Positions 38,365 through 50,861 of a stretch of DNA of 64,000 nt are shown in pieces. Position 1 is the stretch's first letter, and each line of letters starts with the position of its first letter. Position numbers and translations under genes: made by a program. This DNA is from Antedon mediterranea (lineage: Eukaryota > Animalia > Echinodermata). The notes under the pieces are model-generated. The model searched no databases, was not told the origin of the DNA, and saw only the letters and a list, made by a program, of their open reading frames with translations. The stretch spans positions 28,889,648 to 28,953,647 of the forward strand of contig NC_092673.1 in the NCBI RefSeq assembly GCF_964355755.1, in the 5' to 3' direction.

Positions 38365-40829
38365 ATGAGTAGTTCAGAAGAGGTTTCATGGATTTCCTGG
38401 TTCTGTGGTTTACGAGGAAATGAATTCTTCTGTGAAGTAAGTGATAATCTTATAATTTTATTTTGTTATTTGCGAACTGTTAGTATTGTACTTTCTTTAT
38501 TAATATTATTATATTGTATGTTCCCTGTTTCCTAAATTCTGAATCCACCAATCCACAATTAATATGTTTAGCATAATTTATGATATTTTTTTTTCTTTTA
38601 GGTTGATGAAGATTATATTCAAGATAAGTTTAACCTAACAGGACTTAATGAACAAGTTCCACATTACAGACAAGCTTTAGATATGATATTAGACTTAGAA
38701 CCAGGTATTTGTAATCAAATATAAACCTGTCTTTTCTTAGTATGTCATTAGCATCGATAAAGTCATCATCATCAACCCAATTTTAATCTCATTAAACTAA
38801 AGAGCTTCAAAAACAAAAATGTTGTCATCAAAAAATGTAGGTCATCGCTGGTAGGATTTTATGATATACAAATACATTCTAACATTTTTATTTGGATTTT
38901 TGTTTTGCATGCATAGCATATCTAGAAAATCTATTTTTATTAATATATCACATGCATTAGCGTTACAATGGTTGTGTCACTATAATTGCTAATTGAAATT
39001 GGATAATGTACTTCATACTTGATAAATTTGAGTATCTTTTTTTGTAATAATGAAATGTTCTGTTTTGTTAAGATGATGAACTAGAAGAGAATCCGAATCA
39101 GAGTGATTTGATAGAACAGGCAGCAGAGATGTTATATGGACTCATACACTCCAGATTTATAATGACAAATAGGGGTATTGCATTAATGGTGAGCTCAGGG
39201 CAGTGTTTACCTCCATCTTAGATAAATAACTAGTAGAAGCCCCAGGAGGGTGAGGGTTCTAGTACTACTGGATATTAATATTACATGCTGTATTAAAAAC
39301 TTAGCTTAAAACTCTATCTACACTGTCAAACTAGTTTGGAAAAAAAAGTGTGATGTGCTTAAATAGGGTAGTGATATACCCATATATGGTAGTGATATGA
39401 CATCACCATGCCCATATAACGGTACATCACATTTTTTGTTGCATAATATTTTGATTGTGTAGACTGAGCTTTAAACTTGACACCTTCTGAACTGAATACA
39501 AAATGTCTTAGCTTAATTGGGGTGTCAGGGTTCTATGTTGGAGTGCTGTATTAAACATGACGTTTCTTTCGTTTATTCATAAATATAATGTATTTGGCGC
39601 CCGAGTAAATACTTACTAATCAAAGTAGGAAAACTTCAGTACATGTATGGCACTTTATAAATTAAAAATTATAAACAAATAGATGAATATGTAAAGTAAA
39701 ATAGATAGATCATTATAGTATTCTTTCTTGATCATTTTAAAGCTTGAAAAGTATCAACAGGGTGATTTCGGCCATTGTCCACGGGTATATTGTGAAAATC
39801 AGCCAGTCCTCCCAATAGGTATGTATATTACAAAACATCATAGAGTAATTTTGGTCATTGTCCAAAGGTAAAGTAATGTCAGGTGGAAAGTCATAGCTTG
39901 TTATCTAATATAATTTTATTGTAATTAAGGCACTTTTTAGGCTGCTCTTTTATAGCTAATATAATACCACTACCAAATTAAATCTCTGTCTACACTATTA
40001 AACTGTTTTGACAAAACAAGTGTGGTATGCCCAAATATGGTAGTGATATGACATCATCATATCTATGATGATGACACATTTTTTTGTCACAAAGTTTGAT
40101 AGTGCAGACAGAGCTTTAGAAAACATTGTTGTTGTATAGTAATTGGTGAATATTCTTATATATCTAAAATTAGAATATAAAAAAAACAATATTCGTAAAA
40201 TGTTATTGGTTATGTTTTCAGGTTTATCGGACGTGCCAGGCGAGGCTATGGTGAAACTTTACTGTCCAAAATGTCAAGATGTTTACACACCTAAATCATC
40301 TCGTCACCACCACACAGACGGTGCTTATTTTGGTACCGGCTTCCCACACATGTTGTTTATGGTTCATCCCGAGTATCGCCCTAAAAGACCAGCTAACCAG
40401 TTTGTGCCCAGGTATGTGTCACACCTAGGGGTGTAAATAGGTACCAAATATTTACCTCCAATAGATTACTGTCCAAAACTGTAAAATTATAATTTGCACT
40501 ATTTCAAAATTTTGTATCAACCAGCTCTGATCCCACTTGGACACAATGTAAGACCATTGTAATTAATTTGACCAATCACAATGTGATGGGTCATCCAAAA
40601 TGTTGCTTGTGATTGGTCAACTCATTTGTGTTGCACCGCGTTGAAATGGGAACCAAGATTTACGGAACTAGAAAATTCACATTTTAGAAATTTACACAAC
40701 TTTGTTATTTTTTCACTTTTCAGACTTTACGGTTTTAAAATCCACCCACTCGCATATGAATACCAGTATCAGGCAGCATCACGTAACCGATACACATTTC
40801 CCCGTACGTCTGGTGGTCACAAGAAATGA
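38365..40829 (+). CDS. CSNK2B: Casein kinase II subunit beta
   Basis: Exons 38365-38436, 38602-38704, 39073-39188, 39743-39818, 40222-40411, 40724-40829. Encodes [36 protein letters not shown]..., zinc finger CPRVYC...CPKC, and [12 protein letters not shown]. Confidence 0.97.
39310..39470. mobile_element. MITE family A copy (CSNK2B intron)
   Basis: TIRs and internal motif. Confidence 0.8.
39982..40114. mobile_element. MITE family A copy (CSNK2B intron)
   Basis: TIRs and internal motif. Confidence 0.8.
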
Positions 40830-42504
40830 ACAATGTACGCACGTCATCAAACATTGCGCAACTTGCGTCCGAACAAGTTGACTGAAAGCATTCCTTGAAT
40901 GTGTACACCACTTCACAGTTACTTGTATATCCACCATATTATTAATTTATGTTGATTTATTCATATATATATATATACATAAATTATGTTAAAATGTATG
41001 TGTTTTTTTTTTTTAAAGAGCATGGCTTTGGTATTGTTTTGGTGAATTTAGAAATAACTAACATGCAATAGTGTTATACGTAAAAACCAAAAAAGATATT
41101 TCAGTTGAGTTTAGTAATAAATCGTCCAAAAAATTTTATTATAACATTTCAAAATATTACTTTACTGTTTAAATATGTTCATAAACTAGGATTATATTTA
41201 GGCAAACCACTTTTTTTTTGCCTTTATCTGCGACAACGGAAAGTAGTGGAAAAATACAAATACGTTAAAATAGATACCAGAAATACTTTTAGAAATACTA
41301 AAATGTTGGTATGTATTTTGTTTACTTTGAGGGTAATCTTGATTAAATTAGGTCACATGCCATATCAGTTTATAAGCATTTATTTACATATTGCTTGTGG
41401 TAGCTATGGTTTTGTATTTGATTTTTGTATTTTTTATATTACACTAAATTTTTAGAAATATCAAGGAAACAAAAGAAATATCAATTATTTTAAAAATGTA
41501 CGAAACTTAAAAAAAAGAAGAACTGTTTATTTCCTTAGATTTTTAATCGTTGACACCTGTGATTATTCCAGGTGGTACAATGTAAAATTTCCTGTTTGAC
41601 AAAATATTACTATTTCACAGGCTAAAATGTTTCCTTTAGTAACAAAAATCATGTGATTTCTTATTTATTATTGTTAATATTAAGTTGTTTCTAACTAAAC
41701 ATTTTTTTCCTTATATGGCGTAATAAACTACAAAAAGGCCAATACAATCCACATTTTGTGCTTAACTGTTGATATACTATAAGCTGTATATAAAACTTGT
41801 TGCATTTTATATACTGTACATTGGGAGTCTTGAATGGCCTCTGATTATAGATGAGTGTTGATTTGTTGACCATGTGGTCTACAGGGCTACCAATAAATAA
41901 ATCTTACTGTAGGTCACTTAAATACCATAAATAAAAAAAACATATTTATAATGGTTTAATGAGTGTACAATGTTCAATGTTTTTTTGTATGTTATTAAGA
42001 AAGTACTCAACTGAATAGATATTGGGTAGAATTTCCATAAATACTGGCAATTAGTATAGCAAGAGACATGGTTTAGGTGTAGAGTTCCGTTCACTGATAC
42101 AGTGTTACCTTGCAATAAATGTATCTAACAAAACAATTGTACAATAGAATTTGTATTAAGTGCTCAAGTTTTTTTGACAAAAATACAATAAATAAATCAA
42201 ATTAAACTCAACTAAAACTTTAATTTATATGTAAAAAAAACATGAAAAGGCATATTTTTCATTGATTATAGCAAAATACAGTAATTTACTTTTTTTTCCC
42301 AATAATTATGCAATACGGTTTACAAGATAAATGAAGTATTAGCAAGAACAAGAAATGTTGATCATGATTAGTGCTGCTAGAATACCAACATTTACTCAAA
42401 TCTTCATAAGAATTTAGGATCTAAATAACCTTTAATTTTTGTTCAATTATAAGAAAAGATATAATAGTACATTCAATATTGAGATTTTGTTCCTATAATA
42501 CTTT

Positions 42505-42609
42505 TTGTTGACAACACAAATGTAATGTGCCCAAATATGGTAGTGATATGACATCATCGTATCCACATATATGGGCACATCACATTTTTTTTATAGTTTG
42601 GACAGAGCT
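42505..42609. mobile_element. Partial MITE family A copy just 3' of the PIN1 stop
   Basis: Internal motif and right TIR remnant GACAGAGCT. Confidence 0.7.
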
Positions 42610-42679
42610 TAACACTTTTAGAAGGAAGGAAAGCAAGGAAACATTAAGTATGACATTATAAAGAGTCTTTCATTTTTGT

Positions 42680-44286
42680 TTACCCTGTACGATAAATAAT
42701 ATGAATTCCAGATTCAGTGTAAATAGGTTCACTAATATCGCCAATTTTAAGGGCTAGTGTAGCTTCTTCAAATGGACGTTGCATTTGACCGTGACCGAAC
42801 CATCCTAGATCCCCGCCCTTACGAGCTGAGCTACAATCACTTTCTTCGGATGCTAGTTCGCTGAACTCTATTTCACCACTAACGATTCGTTCTCTGTGAC
42901 CTGAAAAAAGAGAAGACAAACTGTAATTGGAAAAGCTCTTCCATAACAATATATATTAATTATTATGAAAAAAGGTGTGAAAATTTATGTTACTTTAACC
43001 ATGGACCTATAAATTAGGTTCATGATTTAAAGCCCCATTCCCTACGTTTTTTAGATCTATTTTAAGATCACAAACTATATTTAATGTAAAAATAATACTA
43101 TATGGTCCTATTGCGATAACTTTTTTCGTCTTTAAACGGTTAAAAATGTGAACAATAAATCGATTCTAATAATTATAGAGGCCCGCTATAAATCCCAAAA
43201 TGCATTGCGCGCGGATTGATATTTTTGTTTTTCACCTGTAATTCGCCCACTTTTCGATCGATCGTGAAGCCAAAACAAATGGAAGACTCCTAACTTTTCA
43301 GCGAAAATACCGGGTTTTCCCCAATTTGTATCAACGGAGTCTGGCAAAAATAGAAAGACAATTAATGCAGCAACTATACAACGTCAGGCTAGGTATATAG
43401 CTAGCGTACGATGTTCGTACGTTATCGATGTTTACCAGCTAGGCCTACAAAACTAAGCCTAGCTAGGCTAGGCCTAAGACCGTCCACGAGAGGTCGATCG
43501 CCGCGAGCTACTTAGGTAGTGCATTGTTTCTCACTTTTTATCATAATTTACCATAAAACGTACATTTAAGACAAGGAATGACATGGTTTAATGTTTTTAA
43601 AGTGATATATATGTATTATTTTCCAAAAAACGTCCAAAATTGCAGGGAAGGGGTCTTTAACTACTGTACAATTTAAACCTTTTAATATCTCCAGTGCTTC
43701 GTCCTTGGATCGGGTTATGGTGTCCTGTTTCCATGACGATGGTCTTCTCGATTCCACATGTTTCACCAACAGATGAGAACATCTCATGGTATCCGATGCT
43801 GCCGCTGTGGGCTTCTCCCATTGACTCGCATTTGTCTTTGTATTCAGATAGTACATTTTACCTTTTTGATAAAATGGAAAGTGAAAAAAAATAATTATGC
43901 ATGTAAAACTTAGTTCTCTATATTCTAGTCCTGCATATGACTCCTAAGTCCTACTATTACTAAGACTAGTGCTTGTTGAGCAGTTGATAATATTATTACA
44001 GTATTATTATCATGGCAATAGATAGGGTAAATCCCAATAAAGCCAGGGAAAACCCCTTTTCCTCGCGCAAGAAAATTCTCAATCATGCATCACACTCAAC
44101 TCGAGATAGGCCTAACTTTAGACATCAAATTAATATTAATTTAAGAGGAAAATTCGTTATGAAAAATCGTTGGCAATCAATAGGGCTTTTACATGTTACT
44201 TATATATTTTAATTATTCAAAAACAGCTAACCATTTTTTCGACTTTCACGAACAACCCATCCCTCCGGTAAATCTTGGTCTGCCAT
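42680..44286 (-). CDS. PIN1: Peptidyl-prolyl cis-trans isomerase NIMA-interacting 1
   Basis: Exons 44286-44232 ([19 protein letters not shown]), 43861-43679, 42900-42680. WW domain (YYLN..SQWEKP) plus parvulin domain ([41 protein letters not shown]). Confidence 0.96.
43031..43656. mobile_element. Kolobok-like non-autonomous DNA transposon, copy 1 (PIN1 intron 2)
   Basis: TTAA|AGCCCCATTCCCTAC...GCAGGGAAGGGGTCT|TTAA: TTAA TSD with RR..YY termini. Nearly identical to 50061-50685. Confidence 0.85.
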
Positions 44287-44680
44287 GTTTTTTTTTGCGA
44301 GTGTTAGTTGTCAATCCAGTCTGTTTTATTTTGGTTGCCGCAAAACGACTGATTGAAAACTACTTTCTTAAAAAAAATATAGACACTTTGCATTGCAGTT
44401 GTATTCGCCATACAGTGTTCCACTACTTTTCACTGATGACAATGTACACTACTGTGTTGTTTTGAAAATGAGGGCGTGATTTGATAAATCTCCGTTTCGC
44501 GGTCCATCCCACAAAGTCCGCTGCTTTGTCGAGTTGTAGGCTGCTAGATGTAAAACATAGTGTTTTGATTTGACACAGGAGGAGGGACAAGTCAAGATAT
44601 TTTTTTAGTTGTGGAAGTTGACATGATTTAATTAGTGATTTATCCATACTTCTTCTGCAAGAAGTGGTGCTTTCAAAGTA
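44287..44680. promoter_or_regulatory. Likely shared divergent promoter between PIN1 and EVI5
   Basis: PIN1 ATG at 44286 (-). CpG-containing stretch followed by a candidate + strand donor caaa|gtaagt at about 44678. The EVI5 ATG exon begins with an acceptor (55411), so an upstream UTR exon is required. Confidence 0.45.
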
Positions 44681-47548
44681 AGTACTCTAATTTAACCTAG
44701 GGCCTAGTCTATTGAATAGTAGGCTGGCCTTCTTTCTTCTTATTTGCTTTTGGTCGGCGACGGTGGTGGTGTACTGTGGAGGTGATACCTTATACCGGAC
44801 TGCACTCATGCTGCTTGCTGCTAGGCATACTTTCTATTAGTCTAGGGCCTAGACTACTATTAAGAGAGGTCAGACTTATGTTGAGCCTCACTAGGCTTAG
44901 GCTATCTAGGATAACCCGACGGCCATCCTACAATAGGCAGGCAAAAACAGAAATCACGAAAAACTATTTTTTGATAATAATTATTAATATTTAAATAATA
45001 TTATAATTAAATTAATTTAGTTCCGATTTGAATAAATTACGGGAAGATATCATTTCTGAAAAAACTGTAGAATCCTTCTAATAAAAATTGAGGGCCTTTT
45101 CTGAAGGACTACATACCAGGCCTATCTACCAAGTATAGTAGTAGTAGAAAACAATCAATAATTATGTTTATAACAGCCCCCACTCCCCCCCCCCCTCCCC
45201 TTGACAGACAGAGACAGCACCTTGTTGATTGGCAATGCCGATATACTGTACTATCCTTCTTTAGCTGCACAGAATGTACTGAACAATGTGTTTAAAATGA
45301 ACACAAAAAAGATTTGTTCATTAACCAAAACCAACATTTTATTTATTTAAATTATATATTTACTGTATTTTCTAAGTTTTCAGTATGTTCTTCCAATTAG
45401 AAAGTAACATTACATAGTTTGTTAAATGTAGACAGATAAACAAGAATGAATAATGCGATATAATCCAAGTCTTCCTAAATGCTAATTCATGACTAACAAC
45501 AGGCTGTCTAGTCTAATGCAGTATTTTGGATATTGTTCAAATATTTTGATTATTAATATTAAACGAGTACTTTTCAAAAAACAATGTAAAATATGTCTTG
45601 GTTTGAGGATGTAGAACTATCAACTTATTTTGAGTGTTTATAATTACCAATTATAGTCATAAGCCACACATTTTTAATTATTCAGAATTAAAGTATCGAA
45701 CAATTATAGTTAATTCTCCATGCTTCATTGACTACAGTCTGGAAAAGGAATATTTATTTTTATTTATTTATTTATTTGGAATTACACCTTTAGATCGGTG
45801 GCACACTTAGCACAAAGGTGCATCCTTCACAATATAAAATATAACAATTAACAGAAAAGTAAAAAAAGGCAAAAGCAACTATCAACCCCTATCCTACCCC
45901 CCCCCCCCCCCCAATTTACATCGATACATACAGTAGATCATTACTTTACACAATGAATACAAAACAAGATATAGTAAAAGTGTATAAAATAAAATAAAAT
46001 CAACTGATAAACACAGCTTATTACGAAACACCCCCCCCCCCCCCCTCACTTTTTTTTTCAATTTACTTAATGTAGCAATGTAAATAACATAGTTATTACA
46101 GAGACTGAGTAGTAAAAGATTAGGGACTTTTCAATCCATAGATAAATCAGTTCAACCTAAACTAAAGACAATTCTGGTTTTTGGAGAGTTTCTGCAAGGA
46201 GCTATAATTTTTTAAGTTTGTCATTGTAATAAAATAGTGATATATAACAGTTAATACTATATAATAGTAAGCGCTTCTAATGTGTATACAATTTTACCAT
46301 GACTAGTACAGTGGAACTTGTACAGTAATATGTGGTGAGTCATACAAAGTGGGTGTCCCTGCCCAGTGTGTGTTTCATTCATTTCAAGTCTAGTACTGTA
46401 GCTCTACTTTGAATAATTTGAGATGAAGGGCATAAAACTGTACTATACAGTGGGTTCATTCAATGATGTATTATCATTTTGTGTGTCAATTGATTTATTT
46501 AATGACATAAATAAATATTTCTGTAGTCAAATTAATCCATAAATTATGAAATTAGGTCTTTCTCATGTGGATACTTTACCGGTATTGTTTAATAAATAAT
46601 GAATTAATAATTCATTTATTTGTATTCATAGTTTTATTATTAAACCATAAACCTCTAGAAAAGTAAAGAAAACATTCATTCCTTTTTATTACAAAGTTTA
46701 CATCGTTTACTATACCTACTACAGTAGGCATACAGTATTAAGAGAGTGCCTAAATATAAAAAAAAATGTTTTAAGCATATAACAACAATTATAATTTGAT
46801 TCTTTTGTTCAGTAGGCCTACTCAAATTTGCTAGGAAAAACAATATTTGTTCAGAGCTAATAAGATAAAATTTTAAATTATTAATAAATTACTCCACGAT
46901 ACTGTCTGTTCTGTACCACAGCAGTATCATTCTACTTCCTGTTTTCTTACACCACTTTTTTTATTGTTGTACAAAGTACAGTATGATTTCCTGCAGACAG
47001 ATTCATATTCATAGGAATCACCTTTAGTATATCGGTGGCACACATCAGTTAATGGTGCATCCAATTTACAAACAAAATTACAAATAACATTAGCCACAAA
47101 GTTCTAAATTTACTAAACACATAACATCAAAACAAAATGTAAACTAATTAATAACTTAAATTAACTTAATTAATAAATATTTATGGCAATACATTACAAT
47201 ATATCTACTGTACAAAAACAAAACAGAAAAACCAAGTTTTAAAAAAATAAATAAAAAAAACAAAATATTAAGTAAATAAAACAAAAAAAAGAACAACAAA
47301 AATACAGGGTATCATTAAAAACAAACATCTACATCTGAATACCAGTTGAAAGTTGTTAAACTGATTTTTTTATTGTCAATATTTGTTATATTATTTATTG
47401 TATAGGCCCTAAAGTACAGTATAATAAGGACCATTGTACTGTACTGGTTTGAGCAAATCAAACAGAATACTAGTAATGTACAGTTTACAGTTTTATTTAT
47501 AGTTTATGTAATATGAGTACAGGATACTAATGTACAGTAGTACCTTTA

Positions 47549-48385
47549 GGCCCTGTTTCTGCTGCCAATCCCAAATATACCGTATAAATATACCGTATAT
47601 ATACCGTATATGAAATTCGTGCACCGTTTCCGCTGCACATACTTCGTGGGTGGGCTGTAAAAAAGTTGGCTTTCATTACCCAAAATGCATTTTGTGAGAC
47701 GGAAGTATGGATTGACCTAGAGTCTCGTGTAGTGAGGTTACATGACAAAAACAAAACAATGATGGTTTCTCAAAACGTCGTAGCATTGCTTTTTATTTTA
47801 AATCTAATGAGCAGAAGTGGCAACGAATTTACATCGCACAAACAATCTAGAAATGTACTGTAGAATGGACATTGACTAGATTTATGCAAAGAAGACGACG
47901 GCGTTTGCCAATAACTTTGGCGTTATTAAGTCTACCACAAATTCTGCTTTTATTTTGTTTGAGATACTTTTGTAAATCTCGGTATCTCTTCTGTTGCCAT
48001 GCAGTCTCCCCCCAACCTTCGCTTCTCCCCTCAATTGAATTACAAAAATAGTTATTTCTTCAGTCCACAGTGATATTTTGATCTGTTGCTTGCTTGTTGT
48101 ACACGCGTGTGTCAATGCAGCAGAAAAACCAAACAAACGCGTCACGCTCTGTTAGTTTTTGACCTTGTGTCATGGGCCGGCTGAGTGCAGCAGAAACGGG
48201 GTACGAAATATACGGTATATTTTGGAATATACCGTATAATATCCACAAACGATGGGGATATTTATGCGGTATATATACCGCATATGGTATATTTTTTATG
48301 AGACCCATTTCTGCTGCCAAAAAATATACCGTATATAAAATATACCGTATATACACGGTATATTTTTGGCAGCAGAAACGGGGCC
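47549..48385. mobile_element. PIF/Harbinger-like non-autonomous element with internal TIR copies
   Basis: TIR GGCCCYGTTTCTGCTGCCAA, TTA TSD on both sides, subterminal ATATACCGT repeats. Confidence 0.85.
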
Positions 48386-50060
48386 TTACTTAAATGTTTA
48401 TAAAATTAAACTAAAGTTAATTAGATATAGATTAGATAATTTTAGATATAAAATATCATCTGTTCTCATACAATTTAAATTTTTGTATCTCTATGTATTG
48501 ATTTTGTATCTAAACGCACCATTATGAATGTTTGCCACCATTGTAAAGGTGTACAGTAGCTTCAATAAATATTACTTATTATTTCAATAATTACTGTAGT
48601 ACAGTTTAAGTGTATACAAAAATGAAACCATTAATGGTAATAGGTCCCAAAGCTCTACAGTTAATACTGAGGGTTTCCTTCCTCTCTAACAAAACAAAAA
48701 TGTAATCAAAAGTTTTTGTGAGTTTGAAAAGTTCCCATTACTATTAATGGAAATATTCACATAGGCATACTGTACAAAATATTTTATTTTAGTTTGTGAA
48801 TTAAAATACTGTATACCATTGTTAACCTGTTGGATTACTCATTCTTGTGTCTGGTTAAAACCTATGAAGGTCATTTATTTGCTGTGACGTTGGGAAAAAA
48901 TGAACAAAAGTGACGTTTACAATTAAGCTATTCTTGTTGCATAGGATATGCTGATAATTACTGACGGATAATAATGCTTATACAGTTGTTACTTGTTGAT
49001 TTAATCTTAGGATCTAGATTTCACTTGAAAAATGGATCAAATACGGAAATGTTTTCTTGACTAAGTACAGAGTACCTGTATCAGATTTTTATGGATTCAA
49101 ATGTATATACTGTACTAATAGTTCATAGAGTTATGGAAATAATTGAATTTATTTACAATTACAGTTGGTCATTTAAATTCTGTACAGTCAGGTACAGTAC
49201 AGTCGAACAGTTAAAAATTCCTTATTGTTGAAGCTAATAAAACAATTGTAGTGATATTGTTTTTATTACTGGTTTAAAGCAAAACAAATAGAGTAATTTA
49301 TCCAGGGTAGAAAGTGTACAATATTACTGTTGTAAAATGAGTGTAATGTCTTGTGGATAAAAAATACTACACAAATTATGTTGTATAATTATGTTGTTTA
49401 AACTGTCATCCCAAAATTATCCCTGATATTGTCTGTGAATCTATATTTTTTAACAGTGAAATATTATGGTCGAAAAGTAAAAAAAAAGTTGTATAATTTG
49501 TTAAGAATGTCAACAGAAAGTAAATGAATACTTAATGCCTTCAGAATATGGCTAATTTCAGAAGAAGTACAGTACAGGGATTTTTTAAAGAAAATGCTAA
49601 AACTCAATTGTTTCCAAAAATCCTTGAAAGCTTTCACTTTTGGAAAAATAAATAAAAACAAACAAGATTACTTTAGTTTGTATAATTTTGTAGGCTACAA
49701 AGTTGTTGATATTGCAACTTACAGTAAACATTGGTACTGTAGTACTACTAGTAGTACTACAGTAGTAGTACAGTCGGTACAGTCCAGCTAATATAGTAAC
49801 CTAAACGCTATTGTCCTTTATTGATTATATAATTATTCACCTTGATTGCTATTGACAATCTTACGTTACCTCAGCCGGAAATTTGGAATGTTTTGAAATG
49901 AATAGTGGAAAAAATAACTCATTATTACAAAATGATTAAACTAAAATTTTGTCACAATTAGTGAAAACAGAAATGATTAAATCACTTTGTCTTTTAGTTA
50001 ATTCAGCATGGAAGGAAGTGTTACAGTACATCTGTTGTATTGTACATATTAAAACATTAA

Positions 50061-50685
50061 AGCCCCCTTCCCTACGTTTTTTAGATCTAATTTAAGATCA
50101 CAAACTATATTTAATGTAAAAATAATACTATATGGTCCTATTGCGATAACTTTTTCGTCTTTAAACGGTTAAAAATGTGGAAAATAAGTCGATTCTAATA
50201 ATTATAGCAGCCCGCTATAAATCCCAAAATGCATTGCGCGCGGATTGATATTTTTGTTTTTCACCTGTAATTCGCCCACTTTTCGATCGATCGTGAGGCC
50301 AAAACAAATGGAAGACTCCTAACTTTTCAGCGAAAATACAGGGTTTTCCCCAATTTGTATCAACGGAGTCTGGCAAAAATAGAAAGACAATTAATGCAGC
50401 AACTATACAACGTCAGGCTAGGTATATAGCTAGCGTATGATGTTCGTACGTTACCGATGTTTACCAGCTAGGCCTACAAAACTAAGCCTAGCTAGGCTAG
50501 GCCTAAGACCGTCCACGAGAGGTCGATCGCCGCGGGCTACTTAGGTAGTGCATTGTTTCTCACTTTTTATCATAATTTACCATAAAACGTACATTTAAGA
50601 CAAGGAATGACATGGTTTAATGTTTTTAAAGTGATATATATGTATTATTTTCCAAAAAACGTCCAAAATTGCAGGGAAGGGGTCT
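50061..50685. mobile_element. Kolobok-like non-autonomous DNA transposon, copy 2
   Basis: TTAA|AGCCCCCTTCCCTAC...GCAGGGAAGGGGTCT|TTAA, with different flanks from copy 1. Confidence 0.85.
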
Positions 50686-50798
50686 TTAAGCTGAATAGAG
50701 TAAGACGTACTGTACAGCACTTTAGTACTGTAAGTCTACATATTATTCATATTAATTATTACCCAGTTGGCGGATCCAGGATTTTGAAATAGAGAGAC

Positions 50799-50861
50799 CA
50801 TAGAGATATTATTATTATTATTATTAGTGTTATTATATTATTATAGTATAATATCTCTATG
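50799..50861. mobile_element. Hairpin with the same CATAGAGATATTA ends as 6767 and an (ATT)n filler
   Basis: CATAGAGATATTA...TAATATCTCTATG; flanks GAGAGAC / GAGCGGA are only a partial TSD. Confidence 0.55.
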
